The notes below the pieces were generated by a model. It saw only the letters and a program-made list of their open reading frames with translations. It ran no database searches and was not told the origin of the DNA. From a virus: DNA of 14,940 bases. The position numbers and the translations under genes are program-made. This document shows positions 1-8,240 of the stretch, piece by piece. Positions within the stretch are counted from its first letter, which is position 1, and every line of letters begins with the position of its first letter. The stretch is from UHGV virus genome UHGV-0315034. One strand, 5' to 3'.

Positions 1-408
1 CGGGTATTCTTCAGCAGAAAAAGCCGCACCATTGCATTTTAGCCAGCCTGTTGGCGGAGTGGCGGAAGGCCACGGGACAGGCACACCAACGGGTAATGCC
101 GAACCTTCTCCCAAACCAAGGTTTTCGAGAGCTGTTTTCACCGTGCCATCCGATTTGATATCGCCAAACGGATTCTTGCGGCTTAACAGCAGCGCACGAA
201 GCGCGGTAAGCAGCTGGTCATGCCGCCCCTTCTCCAGGCTGGCACCGGATGCCTCCACAACGCTGCAAAGCTCCTCCTGCAACATGTCAAAGTAGTCATC
301 ATCCAGATCGGTGGCAGGCGTGCCAGTCTGGGGGTTACCACGGGTAAAACCGTTCTTACCCGTGCCGAACTTATCCTTCTGCGCGGTTTTCGTGTCTATA
401 CGATGCAT
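1..408 (-). CDS. Phage tail fibre protein, N-terminal part (5' partial; continues beyond window start)
   Basis: Own translation of minus strand: ATG at 408..406, GGAG 6 nt upstream, in-frame stop just upstream at 412..414; open to position 1. Product [20 protein letters not shown]...[44 protein letters not shown] contains the tail-fibre collar-type motif (compare lambda Stf ...AGAPIPWPSD...). Not in ORF track because it runs off the edge. Confidence 0.6.
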   Translation of the reverse strand, partial: MHRIDTKTAQKDKFGTGKNGFTRGNPQTGTPATDLDDDYFDMLQEELCSVVEASGASLEKGRHDQLLTALRALLLSRKNPFGDIKSDGTVKTALENLGLGEGSALPVGVPVPWPSATPPTGWLKCNGAAFSAEEYP

Positions 409-953
409 GGATTACTCCGGATACCGCCAATCACCAGCCTGCCGTGCGGGTCGTCGTAAGCCAGTGCCTGCTGCTGACCGAGTATTTTGTTGATTACCTC
501 AATCACCGTTTCACCGTGATCAGGCTGAACATCAGGAATAACACCCGACGGCGCACCGCTGTTCACCACCTCAATGCCGAAAGGCGCAGCAAGCGCCTGC
601 GCAATCTGCACCAGCGAGCGTCCGTTAAACTGTGTCGGTTCGGCTGCACAGTCAATCAGGTCAGCCGTCAGACTACGTCCGGCAATACCGGTGCTGACCG
701 AACGGGAATCGTAACGAACGGGCGTCGCCTCCACCCAGCCGGTGATCACCAGCTCATCACCAATCAGCACTTCCACTTTTGAACCGTTTTTAATGCGCGG
801 CTGAAGCGTGGTGATACCCTCATCTCCCGGCCACTGGCGGGTGATCTCCACACTGAAATCCCGCGCCAGCCGTTCAATACCGGCACCGATGCGCACCGAT
901 GTCCAGCCATTCCACTCCCGGCCATTTACCCGTAGCGTGACATTGTCGTTCAT
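396..953 (-). CDS. Truncated baseplate protein fragment (Mu gpP / P2 gpD-like N-terminal region)
   Basis: 185-aa ORF; N-terminus [22 protein letters not shown] resembles the start of gpD/Mu-P baseplate hub proteins, which are about twice as long. Overlaps the tail fibre start by 13 nt. Likely a remnant. Confidence 0.35.
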   Translation of the reverse strand: MNDNVTLRVNGREWNGWTSVRIGAGIERLARDFSVEITRQWPGDEGITTLQPRIKNGSKVEVLIGDELVITGWVEATPVRYDSRSVSTGIAGRSLTADLIDCAAEPTQFNGRSLVQIAQALAAPFGIEVVNSGAPSGVIPDVQPDHGETVIEVINKILGQQQALAYDDPHGRLVIGGIRSNPCIV

Positions 954-2473
954 TGCACTGGCACCTTCAGAGGGATCACCGGCACAAAGCCGGGATGCGT
1001 AATGGCATTACGCCGGATAATGTCCGCGTCACGCGCCGCGTTATCAAACCAGGTCGCCGCCAGCACCAGCGCGGGTAAAACCTCATCCGGTGTGCGCTGA
1101 ATGATCCGTGCAGACTGTTCAAGGCGCGTGTTGATATCCGCATTCAGATCTGCTTTCACCCGGCGCAGCGCCAGAAACAGCGCATCGCTGGTTGTACGGG
1201 ACAACTCCTTATCAATTGCCGTATTCAGTGTGTCGCGAATGTCAGTCAGTTCTTCCCACGTCGGCAGGTCAACCGTGTTTTTCACCGCCGGTGCATTGTT
1301 CAGTGCCGGATGCGTGACGGAAGGCCAGCCAGTGCTCTGCGCGGGTGTTGTTGCCTGCCCCACTGCGGAATTCTGCATCACCGCGGAAGTTGTTGGCGCA
1401 GGCAATCGGGTGACGGCATACGCCGCTTCGCTGATTGCGGTCGTACGAAGGGTGCTGGCAACCACGTTACGCTGCTGCGTCGCCGTGGCGGTGGTTTTAC
1501 TGTCCGTTTTCCAGACGCCGCGCGGTTGCAGATCGCTGCCGAGGCTGACACCGGAAAGCGTTTTGATCATGGTGACCAGGTCGCTGGCGTTACCATAAAG
1601 GCGTTTCCCGGTACGCCACATTTTCTGCACCTGCTCAACGAAATTTTTGCCTGACGATGGCGGCGGCAGAAGTACCGAGATATCCCCCTGCAACAGCCTG
1701 GCGGCATCCGATACGGCAGAATCCACCACTTTCATCGCATCAGAAACATACCCAAGCATTGTGCTGGCATTACCGATAACGTCGTTCTGCACGAAATCCG
1801 CCACACCATCGATACTGAAACCGCTGAAGCTGTCACTGATGCGGTCATCCAGTGCAGAACAGGATGACATCAGCGTCTGCGCCGTCGCCGCACCTGATGT
1901 GGGGTAAGAGAGTTCTCCTGCTTCGACAAACTTCAGGTCAAAGCGGACAATACGCCCTTCACTTTTCGATGTGCTGACCCGAACTTCCCCGTCAACACAG
2001 ACTTTCAGCTCACCATATGTCGGGTGGACAAGCGTGCCGGGACCGGGTTTATTCAGCGCTTCAATCAGGCGATCGCGCTGGTCAAAGCAGTCATCTCCCA
2101 CCACATAAGCTGTGATGGACGGGCGGAAAGTGACTTTTCCCAGATCTTCGGTATGGCGTAACGACTGGATAGTGGTGATATCACCGGTTACGACATCAAC
2201 CAGGTCTTTGGTTTCATAACCGAGATATGTGTGTTTGAGAGCATCTTTTACCCAAGCTGGAGTGGCGAACGTTTTACCCCTGCTGATGAGGTATTCACTG
2301 ATTTCGCTGTACCACATGTGGCTGAGTGCATTCTGGGAAAGACTGCGTCTCTCGCGCCACGGTTTAAGCACCATGCGAAAGCATTTGCCGTCCTCCAGAT
2401 AAGGCTGGATCTGCCGACCGATAGCGGTGAAGTTACCGCGATGCAATTTGATACCATCTTGTGGGAGGTTCAC
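950..2473 (-). CDS. Chimeric ORF: NinB-like N-terminus (about 100 aa) fused in frame to Mu gpN-like DNA-circulation/baseplate protein
   Basis: N-terminal segment [23 protein letters not shown]...AWVKDALK matches the lambda NinB/Orf pattern (ERNRSLDQN...ESWKCVFTAALK) as recalled. Remainder ([32 protein letters not shown]...) resembles Mu N-type proteins. RBS GGAGGTG 7 nt upstream of ATG 2473. Confidence 0.5.
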   Translation of the reverse strand: MNLPQDGIKLHRGNFTAIGRQIQPYLEDGKCFRMVLKPWRERRSLSQNALSHMWYSEISEYLISRGKTFATPAWVKDALKHTYLGYETKDLVDVVTGDITTIQSLRHTEDLGKVTFRPSITAYVVGDDCFDQRDRLIEALNKPGPGTLVHPTYGELKVCVDGEVRVSTSKSEGRIVRFDLKFVEAGELSYPTSGAATAQTLMSSCSALDDRISDSFSGFSIDGVADFVQNDVIGNASTMLGYVSDAMKVVDSAVSDAARLLQGDISVLLPPPSSGKNFVEQVQKMWRTGKRLYGNASDLVTMIKTLSGVSLGSDLQPRGVWKTDSKTTATATQQRNVVASTLRTTAISEAAYAVTRLPAPTTSAVMQNSAVGQATTPAQSTGWPSVTHPALNNAPAVKNTVDLPTWEELTDIRDTLNTAIDKELSRTTSDALFLALRRVKADLNADINTRLEQSARIIQRTPDEVLPALVLAATWFDNAARDADIIRRNAITHPGFVPVIPLKVPVQ

Positions 2474-2713
2474 GCTTCACCTCCGCAGAGGTCAAACGTT
2501 GGATGCAAGATATCGCAGGTGCATTTCTGCATCTGTGACTGGTTGAAAGGTGTTCTGATTGTCGTTTGCACTTTGAGTCCCCTCAAAGCGCAGAAGTCAC
2601 CGGAGTTGTTCAGGCTCCGATGACATGATTATGGCGAGTTGATTATGATGAATCAATAGGTTCTTATGTCAAATGGACACTAGATCCAAAGGAGGGTAAC
2701 AATTATCATAGCC

Positions 2714-2731
2714 AATGAGATTAATCTCATT
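2714..2731. promoter_or_regulatory. 18-bp perfect palindrome AATGAGATTAATCTCATT directly upstream of the 472-aa gene RBS
   Basis: Read directly; reverse complement identical. Followed by a T-run, the RBS AAGGA, then ATG 2749. Candidate operator or leader hairpin. Confidence 0.4.
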
Positions 2732-2748
2732 TTTAATAAGGAAATTTC

Positions 2749-4167
2749 ATGAAATATTTCTCAACTGGTTTTTATGTTTCAAACTCCACATCTCTAGCTG
2801 AGATCTTTAATGAATGTTTTTCTTGGGTAAACGACTCACCACATACAACTTTTATTCCAGCACAATTAGTATGTGATTATAAAAGCGAGGAGTACTTCAT
2901 AGAGTCTAAAAATGAAAGAATTGATATAATAACTTATAAAAACAAAGATACTAGTTTAGGCTGTTTTAGGTATTCGAAAATATCTGAGCCACACAAATGG
3001 GTAACAGATATTTCAATTAATAAAAATCTCAAAACTGATACCATGTGGATTCAGGTGGAATCTAGCGTTGTAAGCCAAGATGCAGCTTATCTAGCCCCGC
3101 AACCTAAGAAACCATTAGTTGTTATGAGATTGATTGATAAATTTCCTGGTGGTCTTGATGATATTTTCAAGGTGTCAGTCGAACCTCATTCCTTAGATGA
3201 TACTGATGAACATTTAAATATAGCAGCTAAAGTTATAAATGGTGAAACTGACAACAGACTACCAATAATATACGTTAGCTCCAAGTATTTTTTTAATGAA
3301 CATGCTCACAATATCATCCCAGAACGCCTTGCAAGAAAGGTATGCGGATTAGCACATGTATTAATTGAGCCTAGCAATAGACTATTTTCTATTAAGCTAA
3401 AAAATGAGACAAATGCTAAAAATGCCTATGCTGGTGCTGTTGGTATCTATTGGCCACGGGGTCAAAATATCAGTTTTTATCGCCGTGGTGAGAAAACCGC
3501 AAAAGAATTTGAAGATGAGTTATTTGATGATGTTGTAAGAGCTACGACTACAATGGCTCCTGTCTCAGATAGTGGATGGAGTGAGATACAAACCAGAAAA
3601 ACGAAAGACTCTATTAACTCACTCAAAGAAAGAGGAGAATACACACGCGAACTGATGGCGCTTTACGAAGCCGATAATGTTGCGAAAGATGACCAAATAG
3701 AAGATCTTAAGCATAAGATCTCCTCTTTAGAGCACAGAGTACGCACTCTTCAATCACAAGCTTCAGCCCAAGGAAGCATTGCGCTTAATGCTGGTGAAGA
3801 GACTGACTTTTTTGATGGAGAAATCAAAAATATAATTATTGACGCACTAAAAACTGCCATAAAAAATAAAAATGAATTTGGTAGAAGCTACCATATCTTA
3901 TCATCCCTAATTGCCAATAATGAATACAATAAAGAAACCGAGAGTCGCCGCCAATTACTTAAAAGGACTTTAACAGGTTACAGAAGCATGGATAGCGCAA
4001 CACAAAGAAATTTAAAGGACTTAGGTTTCAGTGCGTCAAGCGATGGAAAACACTGGAAGTTAACATATAATGAAGACCCTCGATATTCCTATATTTTACC
4101 TAAAACAGGAAGTGACCACAGAGGTTCTTTAAATGCTATCTCGGATATAGCAAATATTATTTTCTAA
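2749..4167 (+). CDS. Hypothetical 472-aa protein of unknown function in an AT-rich island (candidate exclusion/defence moron)
   Basis: Long ORF on the strand opposite to the pR operon; AAGGA 8-9 nt upstream of ATG; tandem stops TAATAA. Lys/Asn-rich, reflecting low GC. Central coiled-coil-like segment DQIEDLKHKISSLEHRVRTLQSQ. No Walker A or other motif I can recognise. Confidence 0.6.
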   Translation: MKYFSTGFYVSNSTSLAEIFNECFSWVNDSPHTTFIPAQLVCDYKSEEYFIESKNERIDIITYKNKDTSLGCFRYSKISEPHKWVTDISINKNLKTDTMWIQVESSVVSQDAAYLAPQPKKPLVVMRLIDKFPGGLDDIFKVSVEPHSLDDTDEHLNIAAKVINGETDNRLPIIYVSSKYFFNEHAHNIIPERLARKVCGLAHVLIEPSNRLFSIKLKNETNAKNAYAGAVGIYWPRGQNISFYRRGEKTAKEFEDELFDDVVRATTTMAPVSDSGWSEIQTRKTKDSINSLKERGEYTRELMALYEADNVAKDDQIEDLKHKISSLEHRVRTLQSQASAQGSIALNAGEETDFFDGEIKNIIIDALKTAIKNKNEFGRSYHILSSLIANNEYNKETESRRQLLKRTLTGYRSMDSATQRNLKDLGFSASSDGKHWKLTYNEDPRYSYILPKTGSDHRGSLNAISDIANIIF

Positions 4168-4175
4168 TAAATTTC

Positions 4176-4201
4176 AATAGCACTCACAAATGAGTGCTAT
4201 T
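4176..4201. terminator. Perfect hairpin (11-bp stem AATAGCACTCA / TGAGTGCTATT, loop CAAA) between convergent genes
   Basis: Read directly; lies 9 nt after the 472-aa stop and 17 nt downstream of the 84-aa ORF stop. Flanking U-tracts are weak, so terminator function is uncertain. Confidence 0.45.
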
Positions 4202-4218
4202 GTTGCCACTGAATTATT

Positions 4219-4473
4219 CTATTTAAATTCAACTTTTATCCCTTTGTTTAGCAGGGCATCAGAAACTGCCTTTTTTGTAACATTTATCCCTGCAAGCAAT
4301 GCTTTATGCATTGGTCCCTTAAAAATCTCTACTTCTTCTTCAGTGAGTTTAGGCAATGTAATATAAATAACATCTTTCATCTGCTTGTTTTTATAGCATG
4401 AGCTTCTTGTGTGCTTACAATCGATATTTTCTTTATTTCCCAAAACATCATCCCCTTTATAATTCAGTTCCAC
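4219..4473 (-). CDS. Hypothetical small protein (84 aa), convergent with the 472-aa gene
   Basis: ORF-track ORF with a GTG start and no convincing Shine-Dalgarno; internal ATG at 4380. AT-rich context makes chance ORFs likely. Sits 64 bp downstream of ren on the same strand. Confidence 0.3.
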   Translation of the reverse strand: MELNYKGDDVLGNKENIDCKHTRSSCYKNKQMKDVIYITLPKLTEEEVEIFKGPMHKALLAGINVTKKAVSDALLNKGIKVEFK

Positions 4474-4537
4474 ACATCAATTATTTAGTTATCACGAATG
4501 TCGTAAAACTAAAATTAGTAACAATAATTGCTCATAC

Positions 4538-4825
4538 CTACCCTCTTCCATATAAAGCCAACACCCGCTTCATCGCGGCACTTTGACGACACTCCTTAAA
4601 AATCAGATTCGTGCTCACCTTTCCTTCCCGTTCTTCTCTGGTAGCGAACCGGTAATACACCGTTCGCCAGACCTTACCATCAACGACCAGGATTCCTGCC
4701 CGCGCCATTTTAGCCGCAGCCTGATTTATGCTGGTTACGGTTGCGCCTGTTACCGCGGCAACGTCCTGCGCACAGAAGTTCTTATGAGTCCCCAGGTAAT
4801 GAATAATTGCCTCTTTGCCCGTCAT
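4538..4825 (-). CDS. ren: Ren protein (lambda-type)
   Basis: Product MTGKEAIIHYLGTH...VWRTVYYRFATREEREGK closely matches lambda Ren as recalled. ATGA overlap with the P stop. Confidence 0.9.
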   Translation of the reverse strand: MTGKEAIIHYLGTHKNFCAQDVAAVTGATVTSINQAAAKMARAGILVVDGKVWRTVYYRFATREEREGKVSTNLIFKECRQSAAMKRVLALYGRG

Positions 4826-5523
4826 ACACTTGCTCCTTTCAGCCCAAACTTCGCTTTGATTTCTGCGATCTTCGCCAGAGACTGAACACGATTAAGCGGT
4901 CTCCCGCCCATAACAGGAAGTTGTTTTACTGGTTCCGGTATCGCCTCACCACGGTTAATTCGCGCTGTCATACAGGCCAGTTCATCGGCAGCCTTGCGCC
5001 GTAATTCCGCATCAGTCAGCGCATTGGCCCGCATGTTCTGATACAGGTTGGTAACCAGCCAGTAGTGCGCGTTTGATTTCCACGGATAAGACTCTGCATC
5101 CGGATACAGGCCACGTTTCCGGCAATACTCGTAAACCATATCAACCAGCTCGCTGGCGTTTGGCAGCCCGGCGGTAACGGATGCTTCTTCCCGGCACCAG
5201 GCAACAAACTGCCCGGGTGATGGCAGGAATGGTCGATTCTGCCGACGGGCTACGCGCATTCCTGCGTTAACCTGTTCCATCGTGGTGATCCCGTTTTCCC
5301 GGAAAGCCAGAACCCACTGGCGGCGGATTTCGTTCAGTTCGTTCTGGTCCCGGTTAGCCAGGCTCGCCGGGAAAGTTGCCAGTAACTGGCTGAACACACC
5401 ATTGATGATCTGCGCTACCTGTTGTACCTGCGGCTTTTCGTCGTACTGTTCCGGCATGTTGTTGGCGATCCGGCGCATCTGCTCACGGTCAAAGTTAACC
5501 ATCTGTGCGGCGATGTTTTTCAT
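4822..5523 (-). CDS. P: Replication protein P (DnaB helicase loader), lambda-type
   Basis: 233 aa; MKNIAAQMVNFDREQMRRIANNMPEQYDEK... near-identical to lambda P as recalled. ATGA overlap with the O stop. Confidence 0.95.
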   Translation of the reverse strand: MKNIAAQMVNFDREQMRRIANNMPEQYDEKPQVQQVAQIINGVFSQLLATFPASLANRDQNELNEIRRQWVLAFRENGITTMEQVNAGMRVARRQNRPFLPSPGQFVAWCREEASVTAGLPNASELVDMVYEYCRKRGLYPDAESYPWKSNAHYWLVTNLYQNMRANALTDAELRRKAADELACMTARINRGEAIPEPVKQLPVMGGRPLNRVQSLAKIAEIKAKFGLKGASV

Positions 5524-6539
5524 AAATCCACCCCGTAAATCCAGTCAGTGTTTGTCAGGTCGAGTTTTGATTTTCCGGCTGTCACGCCAGCCTGTTGCTT
5601 GTTACGGTTGATTTCGAGTTGGGTCCACTTGTCGCGGAGTTTGGCCGGACTTAGCACGTTACCGGACCAGAAGTTGTCCTGGCATGCCCAGCGGAACAGC
5701 ACGCACATGTCGCGGTGGTTACGGCCGTCACGTTCACGCATCAGGCGGATATCGTTAGCCCACCCTGCAAAATTCGGTTTTCTGGCTGATGGCGCGATGG
5801 TCTTCACCATGTCAAACATCCACTCTGCGGCGGTCAGGTCTTCTGCTGTCCCCCACTTGCTGCCACTCTGAATTGCAGCATCCGGTTTAACCACAGGAAG
5901 ATCGTCTTCTGGTTGGTCAGAGGATTCGCCAGAATTCTCGGACGAAAAAGGTTTTATATTGTCTTTTGTTAGTTTGTCTTTTGTGTTTACCTGATTCGGG
6001 TAAACGCCTTTACCTGATTTGGGTAAACTTTTCTTACCTGATTCAGGTAAATTTACCTCTTTCAGGTAAACTTTATTTTTCTTACCTGATTCGGGTAATG
6101 TTGACCATTCACTGACCACATTATTAATGCCTATATTCCGCCCGCTCTGAATAAAAATCCCACGCTTTACCAGAGCACTTTTTGCAGCAGAACACTTGTG
6201 CGGCAATATCCCGGTCAACTCGGAAAGTTGCTCGTTGCTCACCCAATCCAGTTTTTTATTAAAGCCATATGTTTTGCGCATGACAGCCAGGAAGACCAGA
6301 AGCTGGTGCTGTGTTAATCCGGCCAGCATTACAGCTTCCAGCAACTCATTTGCAATGCGCGTATAACCATCATCGAGATCTGCCACGCGCGGCTCCTTTT
6401 GTGCCGCATCCGGCACAGGAAAATTGAATATCTCAGCAGTGTTTGCCATAATTCCTCCCGCAATGAGTGTGTTACGATTTGCACCTGAAAGTCGGTTCTG
6501 TTCCCGCAGACCGACTTTCGCCATTTTTGAACCTGTCAT
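5520..6539 (-). CDS. O: Replication initiator O-like protein (diverged iteron-binding N-domain, lambda-like C-terminus)
   Basis: N-terminal ADLDDGYTRIANELLEA...LRKTYG matches the lambda O N-domain family. Iteron array lies inside the gene (encoded as repeated PESGKK). C-terminus ...TDWIYGVDL is lambda-O-like. ATGA overlap with the upstream gene. Confidence 0.85.
   Translation of the reverse strand: MTGSKMAKVGLREQNRLSGANRNTLIAGGIMANTAEIFNFPVPDAAQKEPRVADLDDGYTRIANELLEAVMLAGLTQHQLLVFLAVMRKTYGFNKKLDWVSNEQLSELTGILPHKCSAAKSALVKRGIFIQSGRNIGINNVVSEWSTLPESGKKNKVYLKEVNLPESGKKSLPKSGKGVYPNQVNTKDKLTKDNIKPFSSENSGESSDQPEDDLPVVKPDAAIQSGSKWGTAEDLTAAEWMFDMVKTIAPSARKPNFAGWANDIRLMRERDGRNHRDMCVLFRWACQDNFWSGNVLSPAKLRDKWTQLEINRNKQQAGVTAGKSKLDLTNTDWIYGVDL
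5988..6100. repeat. Origin of replication: five ~18-bp iterons (consensus TACCTGATTCGGGTAAAC) with adjacent AT-rich tract (5941..5987)
   Basis: Read directly: iterons at 5988..6005, 6011..6028, 6035..6052, 6054..6071, 6083..6100; the third contains the perfect palindrome TACCTGA-T-TCAGGTA. Same architecture as lambda ori inside O, but a different sequence from the lambda iterons. Confidence 0.8.
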
Positions 6540-7075
6540 ATTGCCCCCAACATGGTGGTAACCATCGCCATCAATGGACCAGCCAGATCCGGGTCCACAC
6601 GAAACATCGACACAATACCTTCACTCATCTCCTTCAGTTTCTGGTGGCGTGGTGCGTTGAGAATGACAGCCTGTTTTGCCTCACTGAGTTCCTTTTCCAT
6701 TTCAGCCAACCGAGTCATGAAGCTATCCTGCTCAACCAGGTAACCGCGATATTCCAGCGGTAGTACCGCCAGAATTGCCGGGGTCAGTTCACGCACGTTA
6801 TTTCGGTATTTTTCAGAATCGAATTTGTTATCGAGGAAGCGGAACAGCTTCTGGCGTGCACGGCTGACATCATCAGGGAAATCGATGGTGCCGCCGCCCT
6901 GCTCCCGATACTCATTCACAATGAGTGCGGCAACAACATCCTGATTATCTGCAGCCGACCAGGCGCGGACGGCATCACGGATTTTTTCGTGGCCTGGCAC
7001 CTGTTTTGTTTGAGAACGATTTATCACCGCAGTCGGGCTAAATCCGCTAGTCTGTTGGTATGTAAGTGGTTGCAT
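6536..7075 (-). CDS. Regulatory protein in the cII position (YdaT / CII-like family suspected)
   Basis: 179-aa ORF directly downstream of the cro-like gene and upstream of O, with RBS AAGGAG 6 nt before ATG. Much longer than lambda CII (97 aa); position mirrors ydaS-ydaT in Rac-type immunity regions. Family assignment is from recall only. Confidence 0.45.
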   Translation of the reverse strand: MQPLTYQQTSGFSPTAVINRSQTKQVPGHEKIRDAVRAWSAADNQDVVAALIVNEYREQGGGTIDFPDDVSRARQKLFRFLDNKFDSEKYRNNVRELTPAILAVLPLEYRGYLVEQDSFMTRLAEMEKELSEAKQAVILNAPRHQKLKEMSEGIVSMFRVDPDLAGPLMAMVTTMLGAI

Positions 7076-7120
7076 AATTGACTCCTTTAGTTTGAATTGA
7101 CTGTTAAGTTGATTGCTTAT

Positions 7121-7132
7121 TGTTAAAGAGCG
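7121..7132 (-). promoter_or_regulatory. boxA-like element (CGCTCTTTAACA on the minus strand), candidate nutR
   Basis: Read directly between the cro stop and the next gene start; lambda boxA is CGCTCTTACACA. No convincing boxB hairpin seen downstream. Confidence 0.4.
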
Positions 7133-7144
7133 TGAAATGGAAAT

Positions 7145-7375
7145 TTAAGCTGCGTTCTTTTCGGTGTGTGGAAACAACTTCGGAAGATCCGGGCGAATCT
7201 GGTATGCCTTCACTACTCCACCAGTAGCCGTAACAATGCTGCCGACATGTTCAGGGGATACCTTTGCTTTGTTGTGAAGCCACTTATAGACGGCCTGCTG
7301 TGAAACTTCGCAGGCAGCGCCCAGTTTCTTTTGTGAACCAACGATATTGATCGCTGTTTTGATAGCTGGGTTCAT
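7145..7375 (-). CDS. cro: Cro-like HTH repressor (YdaS-like)
   Basis: 76 aa with HTH segment KKLGAACEVSQQAVYKW; divergent from the cI-like gene; strong RBS GGAGG 5 nt before ATG. Confidence 0.8.
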   Translation of the reverse strand: MNPAIKTAINIVGSQKKLGAACEVSQQAVYKWLHNKAKVSPEHVGSIVTATGGVVKAYQIRPDLPKLFPHTEKNAA

Positions 7376-7479
7376 AACAACCTCCGTGGTTAATTCGAAT
7401 CAAGATTAAAACTATGGTTGTTTTTAGTCAACAACCATTTTCGTTTGATAGAATAAAACCTTGGTTGTACATTTGGACT
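7376..7479. promoter_or_regulatory. Divergent promoter/operator region (pR/pRM equivalent) with operator palindrome ATGGTTGTT-N7-AACAACCAT at 7414..7438
   Basis: Intergenic between divergent cro-like and cI-like genes; 9-bp perfect inverted arms read directly; extra GTTGT half-site at 7462..7468. Confidence 0.6.
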
Positions 7480-8169
7480 ATGAAAACAACACTCTCAGAA
7501 AGACTTAAAGAAGCCAGATTAGCGCGAGGCCTTACACAAAAGGCGCTTGGGGATTTGGTCGGGGTTAGCCAAGCTGCTATTCAGAAAATCGAAACAGGGA
7601 AAGCTAACCAAACAACTAAAATCGTGGAGATCGCGAACGCTTTGGGTGTGCGCGCAGAATGGTTATCTTCTGGCGTTGGAAATATGTCAGACAGTACAGT
7701 GCAACCAATACCATCAACTGTCAGCCATTCCAAATACTTTAAGATTGACGTTCTTGATATAGAAGTGAGTGCCGGGCCGGGAGTCATCAACCGTGAGTTT
7801 GTAGAAGTTCTACGCTCGGTTGAGTACTCGTTTGACGATGCTCGTCACATGTTCGATGGTAGGAAGGCAGAAAATATCCGCATCATTAACGTACGCGGTG
7901 ACAGCATGTCAGGAACGATCGAACCAGGTGATCTGCTGTTCGTTGATATCACGGTTAAATCTTTCGACGGTGATGGCATCTATGCGTTTCTGTACGACGA
8001 CACCGCCCATGTAAAGCGCCTGCAAATGATGAAGGATAAGCTGCTGGTTATCTCTGATAACAAGAGCTACTCACCGTGGGACCCGATCGAGAAAGACGAG
8101 ATGAACCGGGTGTTTATCTTCGGGAAAGTTATTGGGAGCATGCCGCAAACATATAGGAAGCATGGTTAG
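7480..8169 (+). CDS. cI: CI-type prophage repressor (N-terminal HTH plus C-terminal LexA/S24-like autocleavage domain)
   Basis: HTH LSERLKEARLARGLTQKALGDLVGVSQAAIQKIETGK; C-terminal RGDSMSGTIEPGDLLFVD...VKR matches the S24 peptidase Ser/Lys motif region. Start chosen at ATG 7480; the ORF-track start at 7414 lies inside the operator palindrome. Confidence 0.85.
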   Translation: MKTTLSERLKEARLARGLTQKALGDLVGVSQAAIQKIETGKANQTTKIVEIANALGVRAEWLSSGVGNMSDSTVQPIPSTVSHSKYFKIDVLDIEVSAGPGVINREFVEVLRSVEYSFDDARHMFDGRKAENIRIINVRGDSMSGTIEPGDLLFVDITVKSFDGDGIYAFLYDDTAHVKRLQMMKDKLLVISDNKSYSPWDPIEKDEMNRVFIFGKVIGSMPQTYRKHG

Positions 8170-8240
8170 CTAAAACACAAGATAGACTTACCTACAAACA
8201 ACCACCAGTTAAAATAAATAAAAATCAAAGAGATAATGTC

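Noticed and set aside
2248-2457. Minus-strand 69-aa ORF inside the NinB::gpN gene
   Set aside because: Fully nested in an alternative frame of the 507-aa ORF; no independent evidence.
32-2623. Plus-strand ORFs in the track (32..295, 220..459, 311..493, 444..782, 808..1002, 1101..1598, 1310..1654, 1647..1907, 2231..2623)
   Set aside because: All lie antisense to the minus-strand tail fibre, baseplate and NinB::gpN genes in GC-rich DNA; products are Arg/Ser/Cys-rich with no start signals. Shadow ORFs.
4398-5004. Plus-strand ORFs 4398..4586, 4583..4885, 4807..5004 and minus-strand 5016..5207
   Set aside because: Overlap ren and P in other frames or on the opposite strand; ren and P identities are strong, so these are shadows.
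5988-6100. Possibility that the regularly spaced repeats are a CRISPR array
   Set aside because: Repeats are 18 bp with 1-11 bp gaps, lie inside the O coding sequence and are flanked by an AT-rich tract: an iteron origin, not repeat-spacer architecture.
5282-6763. Plus-strand ORFs 5282..5611, 5548..5871, 6467..6763, 6552..6743
   Set aside because: Antisense to P, O and the cII-position gene; Cys/Arg-rich products; no RBS.
7076-7144. boxB hairpin for nutR
   Set aside because: Only the boxA-like CGCTCTTTAACA is clear; the downstream AATTGAC...GTTGATT near-repeat is too imperfect to call a boxB stem-loop.
7414-7479. Longer cI start at ATG 7414 (ORF-track start)
   Set aside because: That ATG lies inside the operator palindrome and the encoded extension precedes a canonical HTH; ATG 7480 is more plausible, though not proven.
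7547-8014. ORFs 7547..7762, 7581..7790, 7820..8014 within cI
   Set aside because: Nested in alternative frames or antisense to the repressor gene.
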